A DNA stretch of 38,818 bases from a virus (lineage: Duplodnaviria; Heunggongvirae; Uroviricota; Caudoviricetes). Of the stretch, positions 28,733 through 37,433 are shown piece by piece. Made by a program: the position numbers and the translations under genes. The notes beneath the pieces were generated by a model. That model made no database searches, had not been told where the DNA came from, and worked only from the letters and a program-made list of their open reading frames with translations. Within the stretch, counting starts at the first letter, position 1. Each line of letters begins with the position of its first letter. The stretch lies in IMG/VR virus record IMGVR_UViG_2651869695_000012; one strand, written 5' to 3'.

Positions 28733-29889
28733 TTGCGCCCCCTTACCTCTGAAGGGTTCAGCGACAAATTTATGAGGCAGGCCAGCGCCGAAGCATCATT
28801 AATATAATCATATAAGCTAACAGCCAGCGGAGATTCAGCTTTTGCCAACATAGGATAAAGCTGCTGCAGCCAGACCTTGTGGATTACCGACAGGTGGGAG
28901 TAAAGCACGCTGGCGTTATCTGCGGCATCGCTCAGCGTGGATGGCTTTGAAAGCAGTTTTTCCATCTGGTTAAAGGCATTGATGTATGCCTCTTTGAACC
29001 GGGCAGCACGTTTACCCGTGAAACCCATAGCAAGAAACGCAAAACCGTCTCGTGTGATTTGATAGCAAGGGAGCTTGCGTGTACCACCGTTCGGTTGATT
29101 TACCGAAATCGATGTCTCCGCAAAATTGCGGGCACAAAACTCAGGGGAACAATCCAGAGTGCGGATCTTTTTCAGCACATCGTCGTGACGCTTGGAGAAG
29201 AAGTTGGCAACAGCCAAAGAAGTGGTAACGGCCTGGCCGTTGTCAATGGTGATTTCAGGTTGAGTGAGGGCTTGGATCGTAGCCATGATGGCAGCCTCCG
29301 TTGACAGTGAAAAACTTCCACCACCGGAAACGCCAATTTCACTGGTGGTGAACTGGACGGGGTTGGCGTAACCGGCGTCAACGGAGACCGGCGCACCTTT
29401 CGGTGCCCCCGCCCAGCCCACCATAATCTGGATGTGAGCAAATGCGGACGATAAAAAAGACGCTGGCGCGTCATACATCGCCGTTGACAATTTCAGGACG
29501 CCAATCCCGGCACCCGCTTTATAAGGTGCCTGAACAGTGTAACGTCCCGGAATTGCAGAATCAATATGCTGGTGGTCCTTCACACTCAACAAAATCACGC
29601 CTGAATTTCCACAAAGGACTAAAGCACTCATGCGGGTAGTCTTTGCGAAGATAGATAACGCGCTGTGTTTCTGGCTCCCAACGAATAACATGAACATAAA
29701 GTCCTCTTCCGTCACGAAACCAGCGGTTAAGTTCCTGCACAACTCGCCCCCCACAGTCAGGTAAAGTTCTCTGTGGTTACTTACAGCCAGGTGATTTGGT
29801 AATCTGCATTCATGCCGTAACAACAGGTGTGCAGCGACACTGACCACCAGCTGTTGCGACAAACGGTTATTTGCCGTTAAACTGTTCAT
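28729..29889 (-). CDS. Protein with C-terminal Rha-like phage regulatory domain; possible internal start at 29286
   Basis: 386-aa ORF whose ATG at 29889 overlaps the CII-like stop (ATGA); C-terminal half carries a Rha-like segment (VTTSLAVANFFSKRHDDVLKKIRTLD); strong GGAGG RBS precedes internal ATG 29286. Confidence 0.5.
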   Translation of the reverse strand: MNSLTANNRLSQQLVVSVAAHLLLRHECRLPNHLAVSNHRELYLTVGGELCRNLTAGFVTEEDFMFMLFVGSQKHSALSIFAKTTRMSALVLCGNSGVILLSVKDHQHIDSAIPGRYTVQAPYKAGAGIGVLKLSTAMYDAPASFLSSAFAHIQIMVGWAGAPKGAPVSVDAGYANPVQFTTSEIGVSGGGSFSLSTEAAIMATIQALTQPEITIDNGQAVTTSLAVANFFSKRHDDVLKKIRTLDCSPEFCARNFAETSISVNQPNGGTRKLPCYQITRDGFAFLAMGFTGKRAARFKEAYINAFNQMEKLLSKPSTLSDAADNASVLYSHLSVIHKVWLQQLYPMLAKAESPLAVSLYDYINDASALACLINLSLNPSEVRGRK

Positions 29890-30437
29890 GCGTTAGTTTC
29901 TCCACAGACACAAAACGCCACGACGCCCGGAGCTGCACACTCGCGGGCGTTACTCTTTTCTGGAGCGCAGAAGATTTTGTAGACCAGTGCTGCATGCTCC
30001 TGGAGCTTCGAAATTGACAGATACAACTCATCATTAATTGCTGTCTGCTCGTGTGGCTCCACTACCCCATCTTCGATTGCCGAACGAATCTGCTTTGAGT
30101 AACTCCCGATCTGTTCGATGACTTCCAGCAGGCGCTGGTTTATATCGGCGTTCTCTACTTCCTCAATTTCTGGAAGTGATACAAACACCCCACCAGCAGA
30201 CTGTGCGACAGCATCCGCAATGTGGTGAGTACCAGCCGCACGCTGTAAAACCATTGCCCATCCCAACGGAAAAAACTGATCGCCATCGGCACGAAGGCGG
30301 TTGAATAAAGCGTTCTCTGTTACATCCAGCCACTCAGCAGCTTCAGCGTAACCCCCCGGCAACACCGCGATAGTTTTTCTGACAGCTTTCACGTACCACT
30401 CAGGCTGTTTTTCCACTTTCCAGTGATGCTTACCCAC
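29886..30437 (-). CDS. CII-like regulatory protein (CP76-type)
   Basis: 183 aa, second gene of the cro-side operon, overlapping the cro stop; family assignment from memory of the CP76 pattern. Confidence 0.5.
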   Translation of the reverse strand: MGKHHWKVEKQPEWYVKAVRKTIAVLPGGYAEAAEWLDVTENALFNRLRADGDQFFPLGWAMVLQRAAGTHHIADAVAQSAGGVFVSLPEIEEVENADINQRLLEVIEQIGSYSKQIRSAIEDGVVEPHEQTAINDELYLSISKLQEHAALVYKIFCAPEKSNARECAAPGVVAFCVCGETNA

Positions 30438-30690
30438 GGCTTACCTCCTGTTCCTGTGGTTTTAACTCATTCCGGTTTTGACTAGATTGAAAGCGTGCAG
30501 GATAGAGAATCTGCATTTCGCTGATTTCTCCCTTAAAAAAATTGGCCAGACGTTCTGCAAGCTCGATAGATGGAATTTGTTCCAGTCTTTCAATACGACT
30601 CAGCGTCGCTGGATTGACCTGAACGCCCGCAGCAACATGCTGCAAAGTAAATCCGTGCGCCTTACGCACATTCCGTAATGGTGATTGCAT
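30430..30690 (-). CDS. Cro-like HTH (XRE family) repressor
   Basis: 86 aa; HTH LQHVAAGVQVNPATLSRIE; GGAGG RBS; divergent from the CI-like gene across an operator-rich spacer. Confidence 0.8.
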   Translation of the reverse strand: MQSPLRNVRKAHGFTLQHVAAGVQVNPATLSRIERLEQIPSIELAERLANFFKGEISEMQILYPARFQSSQNRNELKPQEQEVSRG

Positions 30691-30787
30691 ATAACCTCCA
30701 CATATTGCGTGATGAGCATATTATTTCACGCAAATATTTTGCGCAAGTTGATTTGCTTAACGCGCAATAAAGAAATGTAATAAACGC
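30691..30787. promoter_or_regulatory. Immunity switch region: divergent promoters and operators between cro-like and CI-like genes
   Basis: 97-bp spacer with dyads: TTGCGTGA (30705-30712) / TCACGCAA (30726-30733), palindromic TTGCGCAA (30739-30746), and TTGC-N7-GCAA site TTGCTTAACGCGCAA (30753-30767). Confidence 0.65.
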
Positions 30788-31480
30788 ATGAACATAGGAA
30801 ATCGAGTCAGACAACTTCGCCAGGCGAAGAACATGAAAATCGCCGATCTCGCTGAAGCAATAGGAGTGGATGCGGCGAATATCTCGCGCCTCGAAACAGG
30901 TAAGCAGAAACAATTCACTGAACAAGCCCTGAGTAATATTGCCAGGAGCTTAGGTGTTGATATTGCTGATCTCTTTACCTCAGACCTCAAAAGTAATACT
31001 GTATGTAAAAACAGTATTAGTGAGGATGTTGCGCAGGTGAAGGATGTATTCCGTATTGAAATGCTGGATGTCAGTGCCAGTGCGGGAAATGGCCTTATCC
31101 AGGGCGGTGATGTCATTGATGTGATTCATGCCATTGAATACAGAACTGATAATGCTGTATCGATGTTTGGTGGACGACCAGCAAATCACATTAAAGTTAT
31201 CAACGTTCGTGGGGACAGTATGTGTCCAACCATTGAGCCAGGAGATCTCATCTTCGTTGATATCAGTATCAATCAGTTTGATGGGGATGGTATATATGTA
31301 TTTGGTTTTGATGATAAAATTTACGTCAAACGACTGCAAATGATACCTGATAAACTGCTGGTAATTTCTGATAATCAGATTTACCGCGAATGGGGAATTA
31401 CCAGCGAAAACGAACATCGGTTTATGGTCTTTGGAAAGGTCTTAATCAGTCAGTCACAAACCCTTAAGCGACACAATTAA
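30788..31480 (+). CDS. CI-like repressor: N-terminal XRE HTH plus C-terminal S24 (LexA-like) autopeptidase
   Basis: 230 aa; HTH VRQLRQAKNMKIADLAEAIGVDAANISRLE; Ala-Gly cleavage site (SASAGNG); Ser nucleophile in GDSM and Lys in VKRL. Confidence 0.9.
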   Translation: MNIGNRVRQLRQAKNMKIADLAEAIGVDAANISRLETGKQKQFTEQALSNIARSLGVDIADLFTSDLKSNTVCKNSISEDVAQVKDVFRIEMLDVSASAGNGLIQGGDVIDVIHAIEYRTDNAVSMFGGRPANHIKVINVRGDSMCPTIEPGDLIFVDISINQFDGDGIYVFGFDDKIYVKRLQMIPDKLLVISDNQIYREWGITSENEHRFMVFGKVLISQSQTLKRHN

Positions 31481-31501
31481 CCCCCTACCTCAACATCAAT
31501 T

Positions 31502-31526
31502 AGCCACCAGAAGGTGGCTTTTCATT
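31502..31526 (+). terminator. Intrinsic terminator after the CI-like gene
   Basis: AGCCACC-AGAA-GGTGGCT followed by TTTCATT, read directly. Confidence 0.6.
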
Positions 31527-31536
31527 ACCCACCAAA

Positions 31537-31575
31537 TTGCATATCTCGCAATAAAAACACTTGCATAATGCGCAA
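31537..31575. promoter_or_regulatory. Candidate OL/PL: two TTGC-N7-GCAA operator-like sites with an overlapping promoter-like hexamer
   Basis: TTGCATATCTCGCAA (31537-31551) and TTGCATAATGCGCAA (31561-31575) share the form of the 30753-30767 site; TTGCAT resembles a -35 hexamer, with TATCTT 17 nt downstream. Confidence 0.35.
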
Positions 31576-31989
31576 CTTCATTTTATCTTTCTTTCCAGAC
31601 CTACAAACAAGGTACTAACAAAATTTGGTTGTAACACGGCGTATGGCACATGCGTCGTTAGCGGTCTGGGGACGTTAAAGGGGACAATCCACTCCTTGCT
31701 CGGGCAAACAAACCAGGTAGCCGGAATGTGCAAGTCAATGAGGATGCTGATAAGACGCCTAACCAGCGTGGCGATTCGGTTTGACGCCTGGGAAGAGACC
31801 AGGGTGCAACGATGAGGGCATTTATGGAACCGCGACAAAGTGTGGTGCCGTAACTGGCTAAGTGCTCTCAGCGTTGTGGTAATCCGCGAAATGGCGCGGC
31901 GGTAAGTATGGCGGGGTTATTCCTTCCCCGTTGAGGACACCGGGTTGTCAGGTTGACCATACGCTTAAGTGACAAGCCCACCACAACAG

Positions 31990-32046
31990 CCACTGCTTTG
32001 GCGGTACCAGTTTGTACACTTGCTTCCGGCTGGTACCGCTCTTTTT
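31990..32046 (+). ncRNA. Candidate DicF-like small RNA / terminator hairpin in the leader
   Basis: 10-bp perfect stem GCGGTACCAG / CTGGTACCGC (32001-32010 / 32030-32039) then TCTTTTT; the 5' part UUUGGCGGUACCAGUUUGUAC resembles E. coli DicF (UUUGGCGGUAUCAGUUUUAC) as recalled from memory. Confidence 0.35.
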
Positions 32047-32135
32047 ACAAAACAGAGAAGAGCATCACCGGACGACGGGCTCATAACCCAATCCACCCGG
32101 GCGGCTGCCACCGCAGGTGTTCTTCTCTGTTTTGT
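32047..32135 (+). other. Long perfect inverted repeat (14-bp stem around a ~61-nt interior); candidate RNase III processing site or attenuator
   Basis: ACAAAACAGAGAAG (32047-32060) is the exact reverse complement of CTTCTCTGTTTTGT (32122-32135); sits immediately before the RBS of the first downstream gene. Confidence 0.45.
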
Positions 32136-32183
32136 GGAGAAACCAACCGACCTTGCAGGGTCGATATGATGAGGAGCAGCAAA

Positions 32184-32546
32184 ATGGCTAGCGAACGCAG
32201 TACTGATGTGCAGGCATTTATCGGGGAGCTGGACGGCGGCGTATTTGAAACCAAAATCGGCGCTGTTCTCAGTGAAGTCGCTTCCGGTGTGATGAACACG
32301 AAAACCAAAGGTAAGGTCTCGCTCAACCTGGAAATCGAACCGTTTGATGAGAACCGTGTGAAAATCAAACACAAACTCTCATATGTTCGCCCGACTAACC
32401 GCGGGAAAATTTCTGAAGAAGACACCACCGAAACGCCGATGTATGTCAATCGCGGTGGTCGCCTGACTATTCTGCAGGAAGACCAGGGACAATTACTGAC
32501 TCTTGCCGGTGAACCTGACGGAAAACTTCGCGCAGCAGGTTATTAA
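32184..32546 (+). CDS. Hypothetical protein, first gene of the plus-strand accessory operon (possibly YfdP-like)
   Basis: ATG 32184 preceded by GAGGAG at 7 nt spacing; 120 aa; the longer ORF-track start at 31953 is not supported by any RBS. Confidence 0.55.
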   Translation: MASERSTDVQAFIGELDGGVFETKIGAVLSEVASGVMNTKTKGKVSLNLEIEPFDENRVKIKHKLSYVRPTNRGKISEEDTTETPMYVNRGGRLTILQEDQGQLLTLAGEPDGKLRAAGY

Positions 32547-32611
32547 TATCGTTCTTAATTAACTGATTATTTATCTCATCACTGAATATCTTTATATAGT
32601 GAGGACTTATT

Positions 32612-33436
32612 ATGTCTCAGAACTTAGACGCAACCGCAATTAATCAAATCCATGCTCTTATTTCTGCTCAGGGTGTTAATGAAATTATCAGTAAGATTGG
32701 TGCCGATGCTGTGGCATTGCCTGAGAATTTCCGCATTCATGATCTGGAAAAATTTAATTTAAATCGCTTCCGTTTCCGTGGTGCGCTTTCCACTGCCAGC
32801 ATCGATGACTTTACCCGTTATTCTAAAGATCTTGCAGATGAAGGCACCCGCTGCTTTATCGATGCCGATAATATGCGAGCCGTCAGTGTGCTTAACCTAG
32901 GTACTATTGATGAACCAGGTCACGCAGATAACACCGCCACTCTTAAACTGAAAAAGACAGCACCGTTCTCTGCTCTGTTGTCTGTTAATGGCGAGCGTCA
33001 TTCCCAGAAGTCACTGGCAGAATGGATTGAAGACTGGGCCGACTACCTTGTGGGCTTTGATGCTAATGGTGACGCTATTCAGGCAACAAAAGCGGCTGCG
33101 GCTGTCCGTAAAATCACGATTGAAGCAAACCAGACCGCTGATTTTGAAGATAATGACTTCAGCGGCAAACGCTCCCTGATGGAATCTGTCGAAGCGAAAA
33201 CCAAAGATATTATGCCAGTGGCATTTGAATTTAAATGCGTTCCGTTTGAAGGTCTGAAAGAACGTCCATTTAAATTACGCCTCAGCATTATCACTGGCGA
33301 TCGTCCTGTACTGGTTCTGCGCATTATTCAGATGGAGGCGGTGCAGGAAGAAATGGCTAACGAATTTCGTGATCTGCTTGTTGAGAAATTCAAAGACAGC
33401 AAAGTAGAAACCTTTATTGGTACTTTCACCGCCTGA
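32612..33436 (+). CDS. DUF2303/YfdQ-like phage protein
   Basis: 274 aa, GAGGA RBS; length and composition recall CPS-53 YfdQ (from memory, not verified). Confidence 0.55.
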   Translation: MSQNLDATAINQIHALISAQGVNEIISKIGADAVALPENFRIHDLEKFNLNRFRFRGALSTASIDDFTRYSKDLADEGTRCFIDADNMRAVSVLNLGTIDEPGHADNTATLKLKKTAPFSALLSVNGERHSQKSLAEWIEDWADYLVGFDANGDAIQATKAAAAVRKITIEANQTADFEDNDFSGKRSLMESVEAKTKDIMPVAFEFKCVPFEGLKERPFKLRLSIITGDRPVLVLRIIQMEAVQEEMANEFRDLLVEKFKDSKVETFIGTFTA

Positions 33437-33563
33437 TTTCATTACTGCAAATGCCCCTGCGGGGGCATTTATGGAAACGTAATTGACTCAATAATCGCCG
33501 GATGGTGAGGGCTTCCTTTTACCAGAATTCAGCGTGGTGCAGCACATATACGCGGAGAACAAA

Positions 33564-34100
33564 ATGTCATTTATTAAAACTTTTTCCGGGAAGCATTTTT
33601 ATTATGACAGGATAAATAAAGACGACATCGTGATTAACGATATCGCGGTTTCCCTTTCAAATATCTGTCGCTTTGCCGGTCATCTTTCACACTTCTACAG
33701 TGTCGCCCAACATGCGGTGCTTTGCAGCCAGCTGGTGCCGCAGGAATTTGCTTTTGAAGCGTTAATGCATGATGCAACAGAAGCATATTGCCAGGACATC
33801 CCCGCGCCACTGAAACGCCTTCTTCCTGACTATAAACGGATGGAAGAAAAAATAGACGCCGTAATCCGTGAGAAATACGGGTTACCTCCTGTTATGAGCA
33901 CGCCAGTGAAATATGCCGATCTCATTATGCTGGCAACCGAACGCCGCGATCTCGGGCTTGATGATGGCTCTTTCTGGCCGGTACTGGAAGGCATCCCGGC
34001 AACAGAGATGTTCAAAGTGATTCCACTGTCACCAGGCCATGCCTACGGGGTGTTTATGGAACGTTTTAACGAGTTATCGGAGTTACGCAAATGCGCATGA
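33564..34100 (+). CDS. HD-domain phosphohydrolase (YfdR-like 5'-deoxynucleotidase)
   Basis: ATG 33564 with GGAG RBS; HD motifs (SVAQHAVLCS ... ALMHDATEAY); ~178 aa. Confidence 0.7.
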   Translation: MSFIKTFSGKHFYYDRINKDDIVINDIAVSLSNICRFAGHLSHFYSVAQHAVLCSQLVPQEFAFEALMHDATEAYCQDIPAPLKRLLPDYKRMEEKIDAVIREKYGLPPVMSTPVKYADLIMLATERRDLGLDDGSFWPVLEGIPATEMFKVIPLSPGHAYGVFMERFNELSELRKCA

Positions 34101-34453
34101 ATGTTTTCGAAATGGAAGGGTTTCTTCGCGGGAAATGTGTACCGCGTGATCTGAAAGTGAACGAAACAAATGCTGAGTACCTGGTACGTAAATTCGATGC
34201 GCTTGAAGCTAAATGTGCGGCACTGGAAAACAAAATAATACCAGTGTCAGCTGAACTGCCACCAGCAAATGAAAGTGTTCTGTTATTTGATGCTAACGGA
34301 GAAGGCTGGCTAATTGGCTGGCGTTCTCTCTGGTACACCTGGGGACAAAAAGAAACCGGAGAATGGCAGTGGACATTTCAGGTCGGGGACCTTGAAAACG
34401 TCAATATCACTCACTGGGCAGTAATGCCGAAAGCACCGGAGGCAGGAGCATAA
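34091..34453 (+). CDS. DUF551-like phage protein (YfdS-like)
   Basis: 120 aa; C-terminal W-rich segment ending ITHWAVMP typical of DUF551; start overlaps the previous gene. Confidence 0.5.
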   Translation: MRMNVFEMEGFLRGKCVPRDLKVNETNAEYLVRKFDALEAKCAALENKIIPVSAELPPANESVLLFDANGEGWLIGWRSLWYTWGQKETGEWQWTFQVGDLENVNITHWAVMPKAPEAGA

Positions 34454-35097
34454 TGATCACGTTTACCGACAAAGAACTGATTAAAGAAATCAAAGAGCGC
34501 ATAGGAAGCCTGGATGTGAGAGACAATATTGAACGCCGTGCTTATGAAATCGCACTGGCATCGCTGGAAGAGGATCCGGTGGCATGGCTGCATTCAGACA
34601 ATGGATTAGGTATTCCGGCAATAACCAGGAGTAAAAAAATTGCTGACAGTTGGTTATCGAAGGGCTGGTATGTTCAGCCGCTATATATAGCTCAGCCAGT
34701 ACACGTGCCGGAGGAAATGAATCTGGCACGCGCACAGAAAGAGGTGGGTTTTAATCGATATATCAGGGCTGGGTATGTTGATGGCTGGAACGCCTGCCGC
34801 GCCACCATGCTTCATGGTGCCAAACCTGTAAGCCAGACTTACAAGTTGAACAAGCTGTCGGGCAACTCTCCGGTAACTCCGGATGGCTGGATAAGCTGTA
34901 GTGAGCGAATGCCGAACGATAAACAGTATGTTTGGTGTTGGGGTAAGTCTTACGGCTGGACTGAGTGCGATACCTTCGAAGGGTATTATGATTGTTCGAG
35001 AAACAAATGGTGGGCAGTTACTGACAATGGGGAAGAACCGGCATCGAAAGTAACCCACTGGATGCCGCTACCGGAACCGCCGCAGGAGGTGAAGTAA
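34453..35097 (+). CDS. DUF551-like phage protein (YfdT-like)
   Basis: 214 aa; C-terminal VTHWMPLPEPP; translationally coupled to the upstream gene (TAATG). Confidence 0.5.
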   Translation: MITFTDKELIKEIKERIGSLDVRDNIERRAYEIALASLEEDPVAWLHSDNGLGIPAITRSKKIADSWLSKGWYVQPLYIAQPVHVPEEMNLARAQKEVGFNRYIRAGYVDGWNACRATMLHGAKPVSQTYKLNKLSGNSPVTPDGWISCSERMPNDKQYVWCWGKSYGWTECDTFEGYYDCSRNKWWAVTDNGEEPASKVTHWMPLPEPPQEVK

Positions 35098-35291
35098 TGA
35101 ACAACTTAATGACAACTAAACAAGTCGCCGACTTCTGTGGCGTTTCAGTATCGACAGTTCTTCGCTGGAACAGCGTAAACCGGAGAACTGGCCAGAAGTA
35201 CAGGCCTGATTTTCCAGATCCTGATATTAAATCATGCCCAAATAAATGGGCTTCACGCAAGATTTACAGGTTTGCAGGAGTTATTGAATGA
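35097..35291 (+). CDS. Excisionase / AlpA-family HTH DNA-binding protein
   Basis: 64 aa; MTTKQVADFCGVSVSTVLRWN is the AlpA/Xis-type HTH; GGAGGTG RBS; lies between the accessory operon and the integrase-proximal locus. Confidence 0.7.
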   Translation: MNNLMTTKQVADFCGVSVSTVLRWNSVNRRTGQKYRPDFPDPDIKSCPNKWASRKIYRFAGVIE

Positions 35292-35635
35292 CGTATGTGA
35301 ACAGACACGTCTATGGCACGGTAAGCGTCTGTCTGAGCGATACAGGCACGGACGTTGCTATCCACAAGCATTAATTATCAGGAAACGGGGACCGCTCCCC
35401 AAGCATGATGTATTGAAACGAAGACATTTACACAATGATAGAAAAAATACTAAAATAATGATTCAACTCAAAGAGTTGATGTACATAAAATGCCTCACCA
35501 GCCTAGGTGAACATTTTCATGGGTGGGAAAAAACATGATGTGGACCACACTTCCCCCTCTAAAATGAGGGGAAAGAGTATGGTTTTGTTGTACACTAAAG
35601 GCCATATGGTTTTTTATTATGTTTGGATAAGATAA

Positions 35636-35821
35636 ATGAATGTAATAGCATTTAATGAAATAGAATCGAGCATCGCCGCCAATGATCAGGTTGATTCTAT
35701 CTGCATTGAATTAACAACATTTAATCAAGATAATGTCATTTCATTTGAAAGTAAAAAGAAAAATAAAGAAATTCTTGATGCATTTTTTGAAATAATAAAT
35801 ACTGATATAGTTTTCGACTAG
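35636..35821 (+). CDS. Small acidic ORF immediately upstream of the deaminase gene (may be part of a non-coding leader instead)
   Basis: 61 codons, ATG at 35636 with a weak GGATAAG context; very AT-rich; ends 10 nt before the deaminase start. Confidence 0.3.
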   Translation: MNVIAFNEIESSIAANDQVDSICIELTTFNQDNVISFESKKKNKEILDAFFEIINTDIVFD

Positions 35822-35831
35822 GTAATTAGCA

Positions 35832-37427
35832 ATGGCTGAAGCAGCAAAAAAAAACCCACAAAAGCTGAATGAAAAAAAAGGCTCAACATCGGCATCATCA
35901 CTTGATATTGTGAATTCACGACAATCAAAGGATATTTATCTTGGATTGTGTGGATATGTTGGATGTGGCATGAGAACGATAAACAAAATTATCGAAGAGA
36001 TATCCAAAGAATGGGGGTATAATGTTGTACACATCCGCATAAGTGCGCTTATGGAAAACCCATTATATTTTGAGCCAGCAGCACTGAAGGTATCCGAAAG
36101 CACACAAGTTAATAGACATTTAAAACTCCAGGATATTGCCAATAAACTTCGTAAACATTACAAAAAAAATGAGTTGCTTGCAGAAGCTGCTATTGCAGCA
36201 ATCGCAGCAGAGAAAAATAATATTGTTTATAATAATGATGAATATAAAGGTACTGTCTTCATCATTGATCAATTCAAAAGGCCGGAAGAAATAGAGTTAT
36301 TCAGAGTTATATATCAGCATAATTTCTATTTGTTAGGAGTTTTGCGCGATTTAGATTACCGAATTCAGAATCTCATTGATGACGAATCGACAAAGAACGA
36401 TCTTCATTTAATTATCAATATTGATAATAAATCCTCTGATCCGTATGGACAAAGAACCGGGGAAACCATTCTTGATTCAGATTTTTTTATTAAAAATAAC
36501 TTCAGCCAAAAAAGTGAATTAAAGAAGAAGATTGATCGGTTTTTCGGTCTTATTCATGGCAAAAATGGTTTAACACCAACTTTTAACGAGAAAGGTATGT
36601 ATGCTGCCTTTTCAACATCATTACAATCAGCTTGTTTATCACGTCAAGTAGGGGCTGCACTGTTTGATGATGAAGGGAATTTGCTTGCCGTGGGTAAGAA
36701 CGACGTACCTAAAGCTGGTGGCGGGTTGTATAGCAGTGATGATTTTGATAACGATCATCGATGCGTTCACAAAAGTGGTAAGTGTTATAATGATGCAAAC
36801 AAGCTAAAAATTAAAGACCGTATAAAAAGCATATTATCAACCGAAGTAAGAACTGTATTAGGTATTTCCGCAGGACAAACTGTTGCCGATATTAATATAA
36901 CACGACTTCTAAACAAATTAGATAATATTGCAGAAGGCATTTACAAAGACAGCAAAATATCAAGTGTAATGGAATACTCCAGATCAATTCATGCTGAAAT
37001 GGACGTCATTACATCAATGGCTAGAAAACAAAACGGCGATACTAAAGATAAAATTCTTTTTACGACAACCTATCCCTGCCACAACTGTGCAAGGCATATT
37101 GTCGCAGCTGGAATAAAAAAAGTAGTATATATAGAGCCATTTGATAAAAGCCTTGCTCTTGATCTGCATAATGATGCAATAACAAAGAACGAAGAATCTT
37201 CCAAAGTAATATTTTGTGATTTTGAGGGGGTATCACCCCGCCGCTACCATAAATTTTTCAGACCAACGGATGAACGTAAAGATGATAAAACAGGGGCTGC
37301 AAATAAATTTAATGCTCGCTACGAAAATCATATAGATGTTCAATATCTTGATGATTATAGAAAGTATGAGACTGTTGTAGCTAAGAAATTTATAAACGAG
37401 ATTGCTAAACCAGAGTCTCAGCCATAA
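35832..37427 (+). CDS. Two-domain P-loop-like NTPase + zinc dCMP/cytidine deaminase protein; candidate AvcD/DCD-type nucleotide-depletion anti-phage protein
   Basis: 531 aa; N-terminal Gly-rich loop LGLCGYVGCGMRT; C-terminal deaminase signature: CLSRQVGAALF, zinc ligands HAE (SIHAEMDV) and PCxxC (TYPCHNCARH); AT-rich; terminator hairpin directly downstream. Confidence 0.75.
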   Translation: MAEAAKKNPQKLNEKKGSTSASSLDIVNSRQSKDIYLGLCGYVGCGMRTINKIIEEISKEWGYNVVHIRISALMENPLYFEPAALKVSESTQVNRHLKLQDIANKLRKHYKKNELLAEAAIAAIAAEKNNIVYNNDEYKGTVFIIDQFKRPEEIELFRVIYQHNFYLLGVLRDLDYRIQNLIDDESTKNDLHLIINIDNKSSDPYGQRTGETILDSDFFIKNNFSQKSELKKKIDRFFGLIHGKNGLTPTFNEKGMYAAFSTSLQSACLSRQVGAALFDDEGNLLAVGKNDVPKAGGGLYSSDDFDNDHRCVHKSGKCYNDANKLKIKDRIKSILSTEVRTVLGISAGQTVADINITRLLNKLDNIAEGIYKDSKISSVMEYSRSIHAEMDVITSMARKQNGDTKDKILFTTTYPCHNCARHIVAAGIKKVVYIEPFDKSLALDLHNDAITKNEESSKVIFCDFEGVSPRRYHKFFRPTDERKDDKTGAANKFNARYENHIDVQYLDDYRKYETVVAKKFINEIAKPESQP

Positions 37428-37433
37428 CTGTTT

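Noticed and set aside
31561-31815. 84-codon plus-strand ORF in the leader after the CI-like gene
   Set aside because: Starts with TTG; the first in-frame ATG is far downstream and has no RBS; the region is better explained as structured non-coding RNA.
31953-32183. 5' extension of the 32184..32546 gene shown in the ORF track
   Set aside because: Listed start is non-ATG with no RBS, and the extension runs through the hairpins; a strong GAGGAG-N7-ATG at 32184 is the likely start.
35272-35538. 88-codon plus-strand ORF after the excisionase gene
   Set aside because: No ATG at the listed start, overlaps the excisionase 3' end, basic low-complexity translation; treated as part of the non-coding leader.
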